A stretch of DNA of 64,000 nt, taken from positions 6,758,001-6,822,000 of the forward strand of contig NC_043010.1 in assembly GCF_006345805.1 (NCBI RefSeq), in the 5' to 3' direction. Position numbers and translations under genes: made by a program. Shown here piece after piece: positions 27,725 through 40,754 of the stretch. Position 1 is the stretch's first letter; each line of letters begins with the position of its first letter. The DNA comes from Octopus sinensis. Taxonomy: Eukaryota. The notes below the pieces were generated by a model. The model had not been told where the DNA came from, made no database searches, and saw only the letters and a list, made by a program, of their open reading frames with translations.

Positions 27725-27994
27725 TTAATTCCTGGTTTGTATCATGTCGGTTATTTCATTTGTTTCTCGGTATTTTATCACTTGGGTTAAGTTTTTGTAC
27801 AGTAAAATTTGATGCAAGTATTCAGTGTCCAGTTTTTTATAGTCTAACTTCAGAGGATCACTTCCATCTTTCTTCCCACCAAGCTCGAAGTCTCTGCCAA
27901 GAATCAGGGCACTCTACTTTCTCTCCAGTAATAAGTCATTAAAACAGACCAAAAAGAAGATACAAAGAAAAAAAAAGAAAAAGGAAAGTGAATC

Positions 27995-28270
27995 ATGACT
28001 ATAGTGAATTTCGGAGACCCCCTTCGGTCACGAATGACTATGGGATTGCACCTAGAAAGTTACCCTTCGAGGCACAAGTCCAGGCAAGGTTGTTTATGGA
28101 AGACCAGTAGTCACCCATGCATACCAGCCTCCCCTCTCCACACCACTGATGTTATCAGGCAAAGGCCTATACAGCTTGGCACCTGTGACGTCGCAACATG
28201 CAGCCTGGTCTGAGATTTGAACTCACAACTTCATGGTCATAAGTTTGACACTCTAACAACTGAGCCATAG
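27995..28270 (-). mobile_element. tRNA-headed SINE, internally deleted
   Basis: Minus-strand head ATGGCTCAGTTGTTAG...GTGAGTTCAAATC; CpG-containing body unlike the flanks. Confidence 0.5.
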
Positions 28271-28579
28271 CTATGAGCTATAGTGAATAGCTTTGGGTTA
28301 ATGGGACTGAATTCACTTTGATATATGGGTAAAAAAAAGAGCTTCTTCATTGCTGCATAGCTTGCTAGAAATAGTTATATCTCCCTCAACTTATGCCTTT
28401 CCATCAACAAAAAGGAAGGATCTGGTTGATACTGTTGTCCGAAAGATATAAAAAGAAAAGTTAGATGATCATAACTAGAAGCCTTTGTATCGATAGGTTT
28501 GTTTAATTAGGAATAATTCAGAGTTAAACAACAACTTTATCAATAGCTACAAGCTAATAAGGAAGTCACTATTTGGTTG

Positions 28580-28795
28580 CTAAGCCTACTGCCAATAGTA
28601 GCCAGATTTCCCTCCAATCACACCCTATCATCCTAAAAAAAAAAAAAAATCTAGGAAAGCACATTACTGGATAATGTAGTTCAGAGTACAATATACCTAG
28701 AAAAAGGAGGCAGGATGTTCACAGCTGGAATGCCATTGATCATAGGTCTGTTCAATCAGAGCTGACCCAGACCTGAATAACAACAACAACAACAT
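28580..28795 (+). mobile_element. Interspersed repeat with (CAA)n tail (family D)
   Basis: tagccagatttccc...gctggaatgcc...gatcataggtctg...aacaacaac. Related fragments at about 28345-28535, 49255-49345 and (minus) 19290-19380, 35160-35350, 62015-62200. Confidence 0.45.
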
Positions 28796-29105
28796 GATGA
28801 TAAACCATTTGATGGCAGCCTACTGACTCATTAAGGTTTATGACATATTTGAAAGGACTCAGTTTCCATATTCTAAAGCAGCAAATTAATAATCAATTCC
28901 TTGATAGTTTTGGTGCCTATTATTATATTCGCCCTCTTTTTTTCTTTCTATTAGACCATTTATTGTTCTTTGTTTCTGAATATTAGCAAGTTTGGAGTAA
29001 CTATTGACTATCTCATATATCATGTCCATGATAAGGGAATGACAAATACGGCTGCTAACTATTACTAAAATGAGTATGCATCATTTCTAAAATATATACA
29101 AATAT

Positions 29106-29316
29106 ACTCTCTTTACTCTTTTACTTGTTTCAGACATTTGACTGCGGCCATGCTGGAGCACCACCTTTAGTCGAGCAAATCGACCCCGGAACTTATTCTT
29201 TGTAAGCCCAGTACTTATTCTATCGGTCTCTTTTGCCGAACCACTAAGTGACGGGGACGTAAACACACCAGCATCGGTTGTCAAGCAATGCTAGGGGGAC
29301 AGACACAGACACACAA

Positions 29317-29325
<9 letters not shown>
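29106..29325 (-). mobile_element. SINE family A, 3' half
   Basis: Close match to the family tail. Confidence 0.8.
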
Positions 29326-29353
<28 letters not shown>

Positions 29354-29439
29354 GGGAGATAAATAAAAATATATGCATACATACAAACATATATGTACGT
29401 ACCTACATCTACATGTATATATACATGCATATATAAATA

Positions 29440-30125
29440 ATTATACGGAAGTACAGGACATCACAATAAGACGTAGAAACAGAAAAAGCCAAAAAAAACA
29501 AAAACAAGAAAACGGAAAACGAAAACCAAATACAGGACAGGTTACACAAGGACAAAACCCCCGTCATCAGCTGTCGCTAGAGGAGTCAGGCATGTTTCGA
29601 AGGCATAACAGAACACTAATCCAATAGGCCTTCCTGCGAGAGAATTAAAATAAAATTTCAAGCAGCGGGGCACAATGAGTACGAACACAAACAAGACGTA
29701 ACAATAAGACTGCAAAATTAAAATACATGTACAAAAACAAACACAAGAGGACGAACGAAAAAGCCTTTTTCTGGCATAGACAAACAATAAAACTGCAAAA
29801 ATAAAATACAGTACAAAAAGTACAATTAGTTACAAAACAGAAAATAACAAGAATACTATACAGGAAATTAACCACACAAGGGACGAACGAAGAAGCCTTT
29901 TGCTGGCAAGGACGAAAGTGTAGTAGCAGCGCGTGGAGGCAGTCTTTTCAATAGTGGTAACCACGTGTAAAGGAATTTTGTTTTATAGGCAAGGAAGAGG
30001 GAAGGAGGAGGGGGACACGTGGCGAAGAGAGAGGAGGAGGGGGAGGGAGAAAGATTGAAGAGGTTAAAGCAAAGGGAGAGAGTACCGCATCTTCAATATA
30101 ATAATATTAATATAAAAAAAGGGGA
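29440..30125. mobile_element. CpG-containing, purine-skewed repeat fragment (Penelope/LINE UTR-like)
   Basis: Composition differs sharply from the flanks; internal repeat ggacgaacga(a)aagccttt at about 29750 and 29881; layout similar to 25215-25790. Confidence 0.4.
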
Positions 30126-30150
30126 CCAAGAAATATATATATATACATAT

Positions 30151-30316
30151 ATACGACATGCTTCTTTCAGTTTCCGTCTACCAAATCCACTCACAAGGCA
30201 TTGGTCGGCCCAGGGCTATAGCAGAAGACACTTGCCCAAGATGCCACGCAGTGGGACTGAACCCACAACCATGTGGCTGGTTAGCAAGCTACTTACCACA
30301 CAGCCACTCCTGCGCC
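30151..30316 (-). mobile_element. SINE family A, 5' half
   Basis: Close match to the family head. Confidence 0.8.
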
Positions 30317-30592
30317 TATACTGCTTGACTCTCAATTAAATTACTGAGGGAATGTTTAGTAGATCGTTCAGGATTATGTCTCCACAGATGAGATACAAAA
30401 CCTCAACACTTCATCAACTTAATATGCTGTCATCTTATGCACTTTCCCATGCTAAGCTAACGCTGTTCTCTTTCTCCCTTTCCCTCATTCTGCACTCTGT
30501 GAACATTCTTTTATTTATTTATTCTTTTATTTGTTTCGATCATTAGACTTCCGCCATGGTGGGGCACTAGCATGAAGAATTTTAATCCCAAC

Positions 30593-30728
30593 CCAAATCC
30601 ACTCACAAGGCATTGGTCGGCCCGGGGCTATAGCAGAAGACACTTGCCCAAGATGCCACGCAGTGGGACTGAACCCGGAACCATGTGGTTGGTTAGCAAG
30701 CTACTTACCACACAGCCACTCCTGCGCC
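30593..30728 (-). mobile_element. SINE family A, 5' part
   Basis: Near-identical to 30180-30316. Confidence 0.8.
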
Positions 30729-30990
30729 TATATATATAAAAAAAATAAATAAAATAATAATATATATATATATATATATATATTTAAAATTTATAACTTT
30801 AAATTATTAATTAAATATTTTAAATATTTTAATTTTGAATTTTATATTTTATGTATTTTTTATTAATTAATTTTATTTCTATGTAGTTTGGTTTATGATT
30901 TTCACTGTTTGATTTGCCTAATAGTGGTTTTAATCTCTAATTTAATATAATATAATATATATATATATATATATAACACACACACACATA

Positions 30991-31045
<55 letters not shown>

Positions 31046-31115
31046 AGTATGTATATATGTAGGTATATATATATGTATGTGTATAAATATATATATACAG
31101 TATATATACCACACA

Positions 31116-31161
<46 letters not shown>

Positions 31162-31163
<2 letters not shown>

Positions 31164-31358
31164 TTCGCCATGATAGATTGCTAACCACTACACATTCTTT
31201 ATTTTCTCTCTTTGTTTCTTTCTGTGTTCCTTTCTGTGAATGAGCATAGGCTCGAAATGTTAAAGACTTTTTCACTTCCCAAGCATTATACTAATACATC
31301 TGTTTGTTGTCTACATCACCTGTCTTCATCTTTTGTTTTTTTTGTGAATTCTCCCTAT
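31162..31358 (+). mobile_element. (TA)n-embedded repeat family G with HHR-like variant motif
   Basis: GAGC-ATAG-GCTC-GAAA...aaagacttt...ctaatacatctgtttg...ctccctata. Other copies at 5446-5556, 15713-15838 and 57660-57768 (minus). Confidence 0.6.
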
Positions 31359-31488
31359 ATGCATATGCATTATATATATATATATATATATGGGAAGCAA
31401 ACTTCTTACCACATAGCCATGACAGTGGATAGATCCAAGATAATTAAATGTATAACTATATTTGAATATTTGTTTTGTTTCTCTCATG

Positions 31489-31530
<42 letters not shown>

Positions 31531-32190
31531 CACACATGCATATAGTTGTTCAAAGCAGTGTTGAATAAGATATATTTGTGTAAAGTCATACTTAATATGT
31601 TCATGCATATTTGGACATGACGGGACCCTTCACTGTGGAAATGGTCTTGAGAAACATGTCTCCTCCTAGACAGCATGTGTAAAATTAAATTGGGTTGTGA
31701 ATGACATCATTGGATTGTAGGATGCACGTGTTTCTGCTTTCTTTCACATCATCAGCTACTCACACCAAATCTGCCTTTCACAAGTCTGATAAGAACAGTT
31801 TGTTCATTTATTATAAAAACAAATGGTACAATGCTAATCAAAATTTAATCAAGTTTAAATTAAATTAATGAAGTCACATGAAGCAGTGTTGAATAAAGTA
31901 TATGTGTGTAAACTCATATTTAACATGTTTGATTACACTCAGATATGGGAAAACATTTTGCTGTGAAAACTTCATGTTTTTGTATTCTAAAGTACCTGGA
32001 CGTTCTTCAGTCTGCCTGAAGATTGCTATAGACAAAGTTTTCACTATAAACAAGAAACTTAAAGTCATGGGAAAATATCATCTGTTTAATCATCAGTTTG
32101 AGAAGGGAAACACAACAAGCTTGAATCTCACTTAATCAAGATGCAAGGATTCAATTCCTTTCAACATATCCTTTATCCACTCTCTCTTTT

Positions 32191-32585
32191 CTTTTACTCT
32201 CTTTTACTTGTTTCAGTCATTTGACTGTGGCCATGCTGGAGCACCGCCTTTAATTGAGCAACTCGACCCCGGGACTTATTCTTTTGTAAGCCCAGTACTT
32301 ATTCTATCAGTCTCTTTTGCCGAACCGCTAAGTAACGGGGACATAAACACACCAGTATCGGCTGTCAAGCAATGCTAGGGGGACAAACACAGACACACAC
32401 GCATATATATATATATACATATATACGACGGGCTTCTTTCAGTTTCCGTCTACCAAATCCAATCACAAGGCTTTGGTCGGCCTGAGGCTATAGTAGAAGA
32501 CACTTGCCCAAGGTGCCACGCAGTGGGACTGAACCCGGAACCGTGTGGTTGGTAAACAAGCTACTTACCACACAGCCACTCCTGC
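32191..32585 (-). mobile_element. SINE family A, full length
   Basis: Reverse complement of the family sequence. Confidence 0.85.
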
Positions 32586-32624
32586 ATCTCTTGAATTATT
32601 TTTTTAAAATGTTTTATCTTTGTT

Positions 32625-32697
32625 CTCTTCATCTTCATCTTCATCATCATTCATCACCGCCACCACTACCACCACCATCATCATCATCATCATTATT

Positions 32698-32739
<42 letters not shown>

Positions 32740-32815
32740 GTCCTCATCATCATCATCATCCACATCATCCACATCATCCTCCTCCTCTTCCTCCTCCTCC
32801 TCATCATCATCATCT
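32625..32815 (+). repeat. (CAT)n/(CAC)n/(CTC)n compound microsatellite
   Basis: Read directly. Confidence 0.9.
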
Positions 32816-33347
32816 CTATGCATGCTTTTCCCTACCAGCATGGGCAGGACGAAATATTTTTTGAAGAAGTATTTTTTGGAGGATGTGCGTTTTGACACCA
32901 AATCTATCGGTTGATTCTTAGAACTCGCAAAAGCATAGTGTGCCCTTTCTAAAAATGAAGACACATATCTTGTATACTACTTAATATAGCTTCTATTAAA
33001 TATCTGTCGATTAGGAATGGAAGGAGAGAAAGAAAAAGAAAGAGCAACTTATTCTCTAATATGTGTTTTTGCAGGGGGGTGGAGAGGTATATGTGTTTAC
33101 ATGTGATAGCATGCCAAAGTGTGAAGGCTTTTGATTATATATAAGAACATAACTGAATATATGTATATAAATGCATCCACTTATTTTTTATCTCTTACTT
33201 GTTTCAGTCATTGGACTGTGGCCATTCTGCTGCACTGCCTTGCTGTAGCCCATCTTTTATACCAAGACAAAACAATGTACATGATAACACTTCCAATCAG
33301 TTAAGATCAGAAGCCATGAGAGCCACTGTCTGGTACTGCATCAGGGC

Positions 33348-33399
<52 letters not shown>

Positions 33400-33932
33400 T
33401 TAACCGTCTGGTACTTATTCTGTTGGTCTCTTTTGCTGAACCTTTAAAGTACTAAAACATAAACAAACCAATACTTCAATTAATTCACAAATGCTTCATG
33501 TTTCAGGTGGCCATCATTTCATTTCGAAAATCATTAGAGCTCATCAAAAAAAAAAAAAAGAAAACACTATCAGTACACAAAATTCACTAGCATCCGTAAG
33601 AAATATCTTTAAAAATTAAATGACTAATTTGTGAAAATTTAAGAGAAAATTTGTTAATTAATATTATAGTTTTTAGTTTAAACATTGTTGTAAAGAAAAA
33701 AATAAACTTTGAATAAAAACTAAAAAGGTGACACTAGACAAGTTAATTGTAACTAAAATTTTTAAAAATCTTTCATAACTGAATCATCATCATCATCATC
33801 TCATATCTGCTTTTTCAAACTGTCAGGATTTGAATGAATTTTCTGAAGCATTATTTTGCGTTGGATGCCCTTCCAAGCCACCTTCTCAGTCACCAATTTT
33901 GTTTTTAATCATTTCTTCTACATACAAGAACA

Positions 33933-34332
33933 CAGTGGCTGTGTGGTAAGAAGCTTGTTTACCAACCATATGGTTCCAGGTTCAGTCCCACTGTGTGGCA
34001 CCTTGGGCAAGTGTCTTCTACTATAGCCTCAGGCCGACCAAAGCCTTGTGAGTGGATTTGGTAGATGGAAACTGAAAGAAGCCCGTCGTATATATGTATA
34101 TATATATGCGTGTGTGTGTTTGTGTGTCTGTGTTTGTCCCCCTAGCATTGCTTGACAACTGATGCTGGTGTGTTTATGTCCCCGTTACTTAGCGATTCGG
34201 CAAAAGAGACCGATAGAATAAGTACTGGGCTTACAAAAGAATAAGTACCGGGGTCGAGTTGCTCGATTAAAGGCGGTGCTCCAGCATGGCCGCAATCAAA
34301 AGACTGAAACAAGTAAAAGAGTAAAAGAGAGA
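33933..34332 (+). mobile_element. SINE family A, full length
   Basis: Head, body and tail all present. Confidence 0.85.
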
Positions 34333-34529
34333 AAGTGTAACTATTTCAAAACTTGGGTACACACACACACACACACAGATTAATAAGACATTCATAAGTG
34401 AAATAGCTGAAATATTAATCTAGTCCATCTGGAAGTTAGATCGTTACTAGAAACTATAATTAAATCATTCTCATATTACTACCCTTTGTTTCTTTCATTT
34501 TTTACTTTTAAATTTTTTTATTTATTTCT

Positions 34530-35000
34530 TGTGCTTATTTCAGTCATTGAACAGAAGCCATGCTGGAGGCATCCCCTTCAAGGGTTTTAGTCAAACAGTT
34601 TGACCCCAGTACTTGGTTAAATTCTTCTTCCTTTAAGTCTAGTACTTATTCTAGTGATTTCTTTCACAGAACTGCTAAGCTTGAAGGATGTAAACAAACC
34701 AACACTGGTTGTCAAGTGGAGGTTAGGGGACAAACATAGACACAAAACACACACACACACACAATCACACACACACAGAGTGACACACACACACAATGAC
34801 ATACACACAGTGATGCACACACACATATATTCTATATGACAGGTTTCCACACAGCTTTCCTCTACAAATTTATCAAATACACTCACAAGCCCCAGGGTTA
34901 TAGTAGAAGACATTAGCTTGAGGTTCAATGTACAATGCTGTGGGACTGAACCCAAAACCATACGGTTGCAAAGTGAGATTCTAAACCACGCAGTCATGTA
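34530..35000 (-). mobile_element. SINE family A, old diverged copy
   Basis: ttcagtcattg...ccatgctggag...gggactgaacccaaaacc. Confidence 0.6.
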
Positions 35001-35430
35001 GAATCATATTTGACATTACAAGTATTAATTTGAGACAGAAAATAGTAAATAACATGAGTATTAAAAGCAATACTTTGATACAGAAAACAGCAAATGATAT
35101 ACTGCTATTAGGTTTAAGCTGTTATAATGCAGACAGATCTTATGGACAGTAAAAGCTACAAGTTGTTACTAAACCCCTTCTCAGCCCTGGTTAAGCAAAC
35201 CTATTTTCAAAGTATTCCAGTCATGACTATTCCGTCATTTTCTCCAGCATATTAAGGACTATGTTATCAAATGTGGACATCCATTTTCTTTTTTTATATA
35301 ATGTATGATTGTGTATGACTTCAGAGATATTTCTATAATTGTACTTAATTGAATGACCTCACTGAGGTTCATTGTTTGAAAAATAACTGATTTTGGACAG
35401 CAAGACCCGCCTTTTAAGAAACTGGATTAA

Positions 35431-35650
35431 CCCTTTAACATTTAAACCGGCCATATCCGGCCCGAATGGTCTACCTGCTTTATGTTCAAACTGGCCAGAT
35501 CCAGTCTCTCCCACCTACCCTACAATGTCATTCTAAAATTAAATAATTACATCTTCAAAATCTTGAAGCTACAAGATAATACGTGATTAATTTTTTAAAA
35601 TATGGATACATAAACCTTACATTTGATAAATTAATCTGAATGCTAAAGGG
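35431..35650 (+). mobile_element. piggyBac-like MITE (family 2)
   Basis: TTAA-CCCTTTAACATT...AATGCTAAAGGG-TTAA. Confidence 0.75.
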
Positions 35651-36151
35651 TTAAAGAATGATAAAGGCTTTTGAATGCTTTAGTAATAGGAATAAAGGTT
35701 ATGAGTTGATTTACCACTACCCAAAGGATTGTATATATGTATATATATATATATATGTATCTGAATGAGTATGCGTATACATATGTATGCATGTGTGTGT
35801 GTCAATGTATAATAATGTTATTGTGTTTCCTTAAATACGCAATACATTTTAGAAGAGTACATGTTTATCAACTTTTACAAGAAGTGTGACAGTGACTTTG
35901 AAGTTCCAGCGTGCCTACTTTCACCAGACTGTACATAATATATATATATAACTATACACACGCACACACACATACATGGGCACACACATATATATCTATA
36001 CATATGTATAATGTATATATATATATATATATTATATATTATATATATAATATATACATATGTATATATACATATGTATATATATATGTATAATATATAT
36101 GTATGCATATATATGTATCTCTCTCTCTCTCTGTTTCCCTACATTCTTATA

Positions 36152-36360
36152 TTCTTTTACTTGTTTCAGTCATTTGACAGCAGCCATGCTGGAGCACCGC
36201 ATTTAGTTGAACAAATTGACCCCAGGACTTATTCTTTGTAAACCTAGTATTTATTCTATTGGTGGTCTCTTTTGCCAAACTGCTAAGTTCCAGGGACATA
36301 AACACACCATTGGTTGTAAAGCGATGGAGTGGGGGACAAATACAGACACACAAACACATA
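36152..36360 (-). mobile_element. SINE family A, 3' half
   Basis: cttttacttgtttcagtcatttgac...acagacacacaaac. Confidence 0.75.
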
Positions 36361-36800
36361 TATATATATGTTTATTAATATTTCATTTAGGCATTGCAAT
36401 ACTTAATAACTTACTATCAAACTCGATACATATATATATATGCTGCAGAATAAAGTGTTAATCGATGAATTAAGATGAGAAAGGAATAAATGATTATCTT
36501 TTGAACTTCATTAGCTTACACCTGTTTCTGTTATAAGTATACTGTGGATTCATAGTTGAGTATCTGAGTATCACCTTTTGGCTTCATTGGAGCCCCAACT
36601 ATTTGTTTCAATGTGTAATTACTCTGCAATAAATATATTCCAGAGTTTAACAATATTCTCCTGTATTTTCAACTCTTATATAAACCAAAGCATCTAACGA
36701 TACAGTTTGTGGAACTGAACATACAAATGTGCACCATGAGGTCTCAGCATAGATTATGTATGTGTATATATATATGTATGTATGTGTGTGTATATATGTA

Positions 36801-36861
<61 letters not shown>

Positions 36862-36910
36862 TATGTATATATATATATACACACACACATATACATATAG
36901 AGTTATAATC

Positions 36911-36948
<38 letters not shown>

Positions 36949-37772
36949 GTTATAATCTATATACACACATACACACACACACACATATATATACATATAG
37001 TAAAATAAGAAATAGAAGGTTCTTGGTACAGTATTATATATTTGAAAACATGAATAGAAATGACTTTTCTGATAATTTTTCCACGGGAAAAATTATCAGA
37101 AAAGCTATTTCTATTCATTTTTTCAAATATATTTATATGTGTGTGTGTGTGTATGTGTAGATAGGTTGTATGGAAGGCCTGCTGTATAATATGCCATAGA
37201 AAACCTATAGTGTATATTACAACACCAAAAGAACAAATAAAATGCTTGGAAGGGCCACAAATACTCTTCAGTCATTGTATCATTATTTAAAATTTACTCC
37301 ACATCCCTTCAAATTACTTATTTATTCCACTCCTCTCCCACGACCCTTATTGTGTATGATTAGACACAACAAAGCTTTAAGTCATTATTTAAGCTAGAAT
37401 CATATGAAATGTATGCTAAAGACTCAGTTTGTAGTTTCAAAACAAATATATCAACCCATAATGCAATTCATAATGCAATTTTTAAGGCAATTAAAGTGAC
37501 AGACCATATTCTGCTTATACGAGTTTCTCCAACAAATCTTTAAATTTTATTTCATTATATTGTGCACATAACCAAGATGCAGTGACTGGTTTTATTGCAT
37601 ATATTTGCAACAATAGGAATGCACATTTGTCTATATATATCTGTGCATGAGAGGTTGTCAGTGTATATATATACATATATGTGAGTGTGTATGTGTGCAT
37701 ATATAAATATATATATAAATATATAAATAAATATATAATATATATATATTATATATATATATATATACATAC

Positions 37773-37806
<34 letters not shown>

Positions 37807-37922
37807 TATATATACCTACATACATACATATATATATATATGTATGTGTATATATGTATGTATGTATATATATATATATATAATATATATATATATACAA
37901 CAATGATAATCTCAGAGCGAGT

Positions 37923-37954
<32 letters not shown>

Positions 37955-39378
37955 CACTCATATATATATATATATACACACACTCATACATTTAAGTGTA
38001 TGTACATATAAATATGCATATATATAGATATGTAAAAATATATGTATGGGTATACACACAAACACATACACACACACACACACACATTTATGCATATGCA
38101 TACACAGATACCCTCAATTTTAACAAATATATGCAAAAACTCGTGCTGCCACATACAAACATGCACCACACACACACACACACACACACATTGACAAATA
38201 CATTTTGAAATTTATTGGGCTTTATACATATGAAAGAATGTACGAGTGTTTGTATACGTGCATATGTGTGTATGTGAGCATGTGCTTGTATGTGCATATG
38301 TGTGTATGTGAGCATGTGTTTGCATGTGCAGGTGAGTGTAAGAATGTATGTTTGTGTGTATGTGTGGGGGGGGGGTGAACCCGTGTGTGTATTGATTTGT
38401 ATATTTACATGTATCTGCAGGTGAGATTGAAATAAGTAGAATATAGGGGGAATATTTGCAAATATAAATATTTATCAACTCCTGTATGTACATGTTTTCA
38501 CATGGATACACATTCAGCTATTGAATATATATATATATATGTTTATATGTATAGACATGCCTACATGATATAAATTTTGTATCTTTTTTTTTTTCTTTTT
38601 CTCGTTATATTCTGCAGATTTTTAAATTACAATGTGTATGTTGAGCATATAAGCAGATGCATATACATAGACATTCACACATGCAGTTGTATATATGCAT
38701 ACATTTATATACATAATAAATACATTTGTACAAATAAACAAGAAGTTGGGTATGGTGAGGGAAAAAAGATTGGAAATGAAATCATTTTTTCTCTCTTTAA
38801 CAATAATTGATAATACATTTATAGTTTTTAAGATGATGCTATTTTTCTCTGAAATTCAAACTCCATGTACTTTTTATTGAGTTAATATTCTTAAAACTTT
38901 AAATATAATTATCTATACATTGAGTTGTGAATAAAAGAAAATACAAAGATATTAGCTGGATTTTTTGGTTTTTTTTTCCGTTTTTTGTTTCTCTTTCTAC
39001 ATATATCTCTCATTTCTTTCAGCTTTATAGCAATTAAAACAAGAAAATGTATTGTTTCCTCCTTACGATTTTACTGTTCAATGCAATGTTCTCCAGTGCG
39101 TAAACTATAATGGTAGAACTGGATGCTAAATAACATCTGTAATACCTCACTTAAAATTTCACTCTCTTGCAACAGAATAACAAGAAGAAGAAGTAAAAAA
39201 ACTTAAGAAGAAGAAAACACTGGAAAATTGGAAATAGAAATGTAACAACTGATTCGTTGTCCACAAATATTCAGCTCAATTTTTTGGCCTTCTTTTCAAC
39301 ACACAAACATATTACACACATACATACAAACATATATATGTCATTGTGTGTTTAGTGTAAAAAGGTGATATATATACA

Positions 39379-39414
<36 letters not shown>

Positions 39415-39495
39415 TATACATATGAATATATATATATATGTAATATATATATATATATGTATATAATATATATATGAATTTATATTATATCTGTA

Positions 39496-39532
<37 letters not shown>

Positions 39533-39542
39533 ATATAGAAGC

Positions 39543-39594
39543 GCTTCTACAGGACTAGTACTGTTTTCATTTCAAGAGAAATCTTCAGGAAGCT
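39543..39594 (-). ncRNA. Inverted copy of the same hammerhead motif
   Basis: Reverse complement reads AGCTTC CTGAAGA TTTCTCTTGAAAT GAAAA CAG TACTAGTC CTG TA GAAGC; it has two extra As in homopolymers relative to the 40278 copy. Confidence 0.55.
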
Positions 39595-39962
39595 ATTTAA
39601 CAAGAATTGTATTAGCATTTATACATTTAGGCAGGTTTAAAGGAGTGGTGGTGGGGGACTTTTTGGGGGTAGGCATAGCGCAAATATATACTTGGGATGG
39701 TCAAGGAGTCTGTAAGTTAGATGAAAGAATAGATAAATAAAAAAATAAAAAATAAAAAATAAAAAATAAAAAATAAAATAAAAAAATAAAATAATAAAAA
39801 ATAAATAAAAAAATAAAAAAATAAAAAAATAAAAAAATAAAAATAAATAAATAAAAAAAATAAAAAAATAAAAAAATAAAATGTGTGCACATACATACAT
39901 AAACACATATACATACACACACACATACGTACACATGTGTGCCTATACATACCTACATACAC

Positions 39963-40004
<42 letters not shown>

Positions 40005-40277
40005 TATATATATAATATATATACACAATCAATACAGGCATTCCCTAATTTTTAATTTATTTTTTTTTTTTTTTTATTTATTTTATTTTTTATTTTATTT
40101 TTTTATTTTTTATTTTTTATTTTTTATTTTTTTATATCTATTCTTTCATCTACTTACCACTGACTCCTGACACTCCCCAAGTATGATATTTGCGCTATGC
40201 CTACCCCAAAAAAGTCCCCCACCACCACTCCTTTAAACCTGCCTAAATGTATAAATGCTAATACATTCTTGTTAAAT

Positions 40278-40328
40278 AGCTTCCTGAAGATTTCTCTTGA
40301 ATGAAACAGTACTAGTCCTGTAGAAGCT
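40278..40328 (+). ncRNA. Type I hammerhead ribozyme motif, core intact
   Basis: AGCTTC-CTGAAGA-T TTC tctt GAA T-GAAA-CAG tactagtc CTG-TA-GAAGCT: 6-bp stem I, CUGANGA, stem II (3 bp plus U.U), GAAA, stem III, GUA cleavage triplet. Confidence 0.7.
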
Positions 40329-40407
40329 CCTTCTATATAAAAATTATTTTACTCTGCTATGTATTGAGTACCTTACTACTGTGGTTAACCCGGATCAACC
40401 GCGGACC

Positions 40408-40455
<48 letters not shown>

Positions 40456-40754
40456 TGGACTTACACATTCATATATACGCATGCACTTATATATATAGAT
40501 ACATATTCCTGTAAACATATCTACATTAGTATACATGCTCACACATACATACATGTATGTAATTTAATTTTATTTGGATGTATAAATCCAAACTGGCAGC
40601 AAATATTAATTCCCACAAACTCTGCTTTGTCTGTTACTTTAAACTGTCATTTTCACCAAACAATATGCAAAGTATCTATACTCTAACAATCAGTATTGAG
40701 TTCATTGTTGACCATTTGTAACGAGTAACCTGTATGTGTATGTCTGTCTTGTGT

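Larger units (their letters stand above)
39527..40410. mobile_element. Fold-back, HHR-bearing element (Penelope pLTR-like or retrozyme-like)
   Basis: About 205-bp complex arms (39531-39737 and 40134-40340) are reverse complements, extended inward by (AAAAT)n/(ATTTT)n tracts. A unique tail 40341-40410 ends in ggacctac-(TA)n. Confidence 0.7.

Noticed and set aside
32504-32964. Poly-Ser, poly-Asp and poly-Met ORFs
   Set aside because: (CAT)n-type microsatellite next to a SINE.
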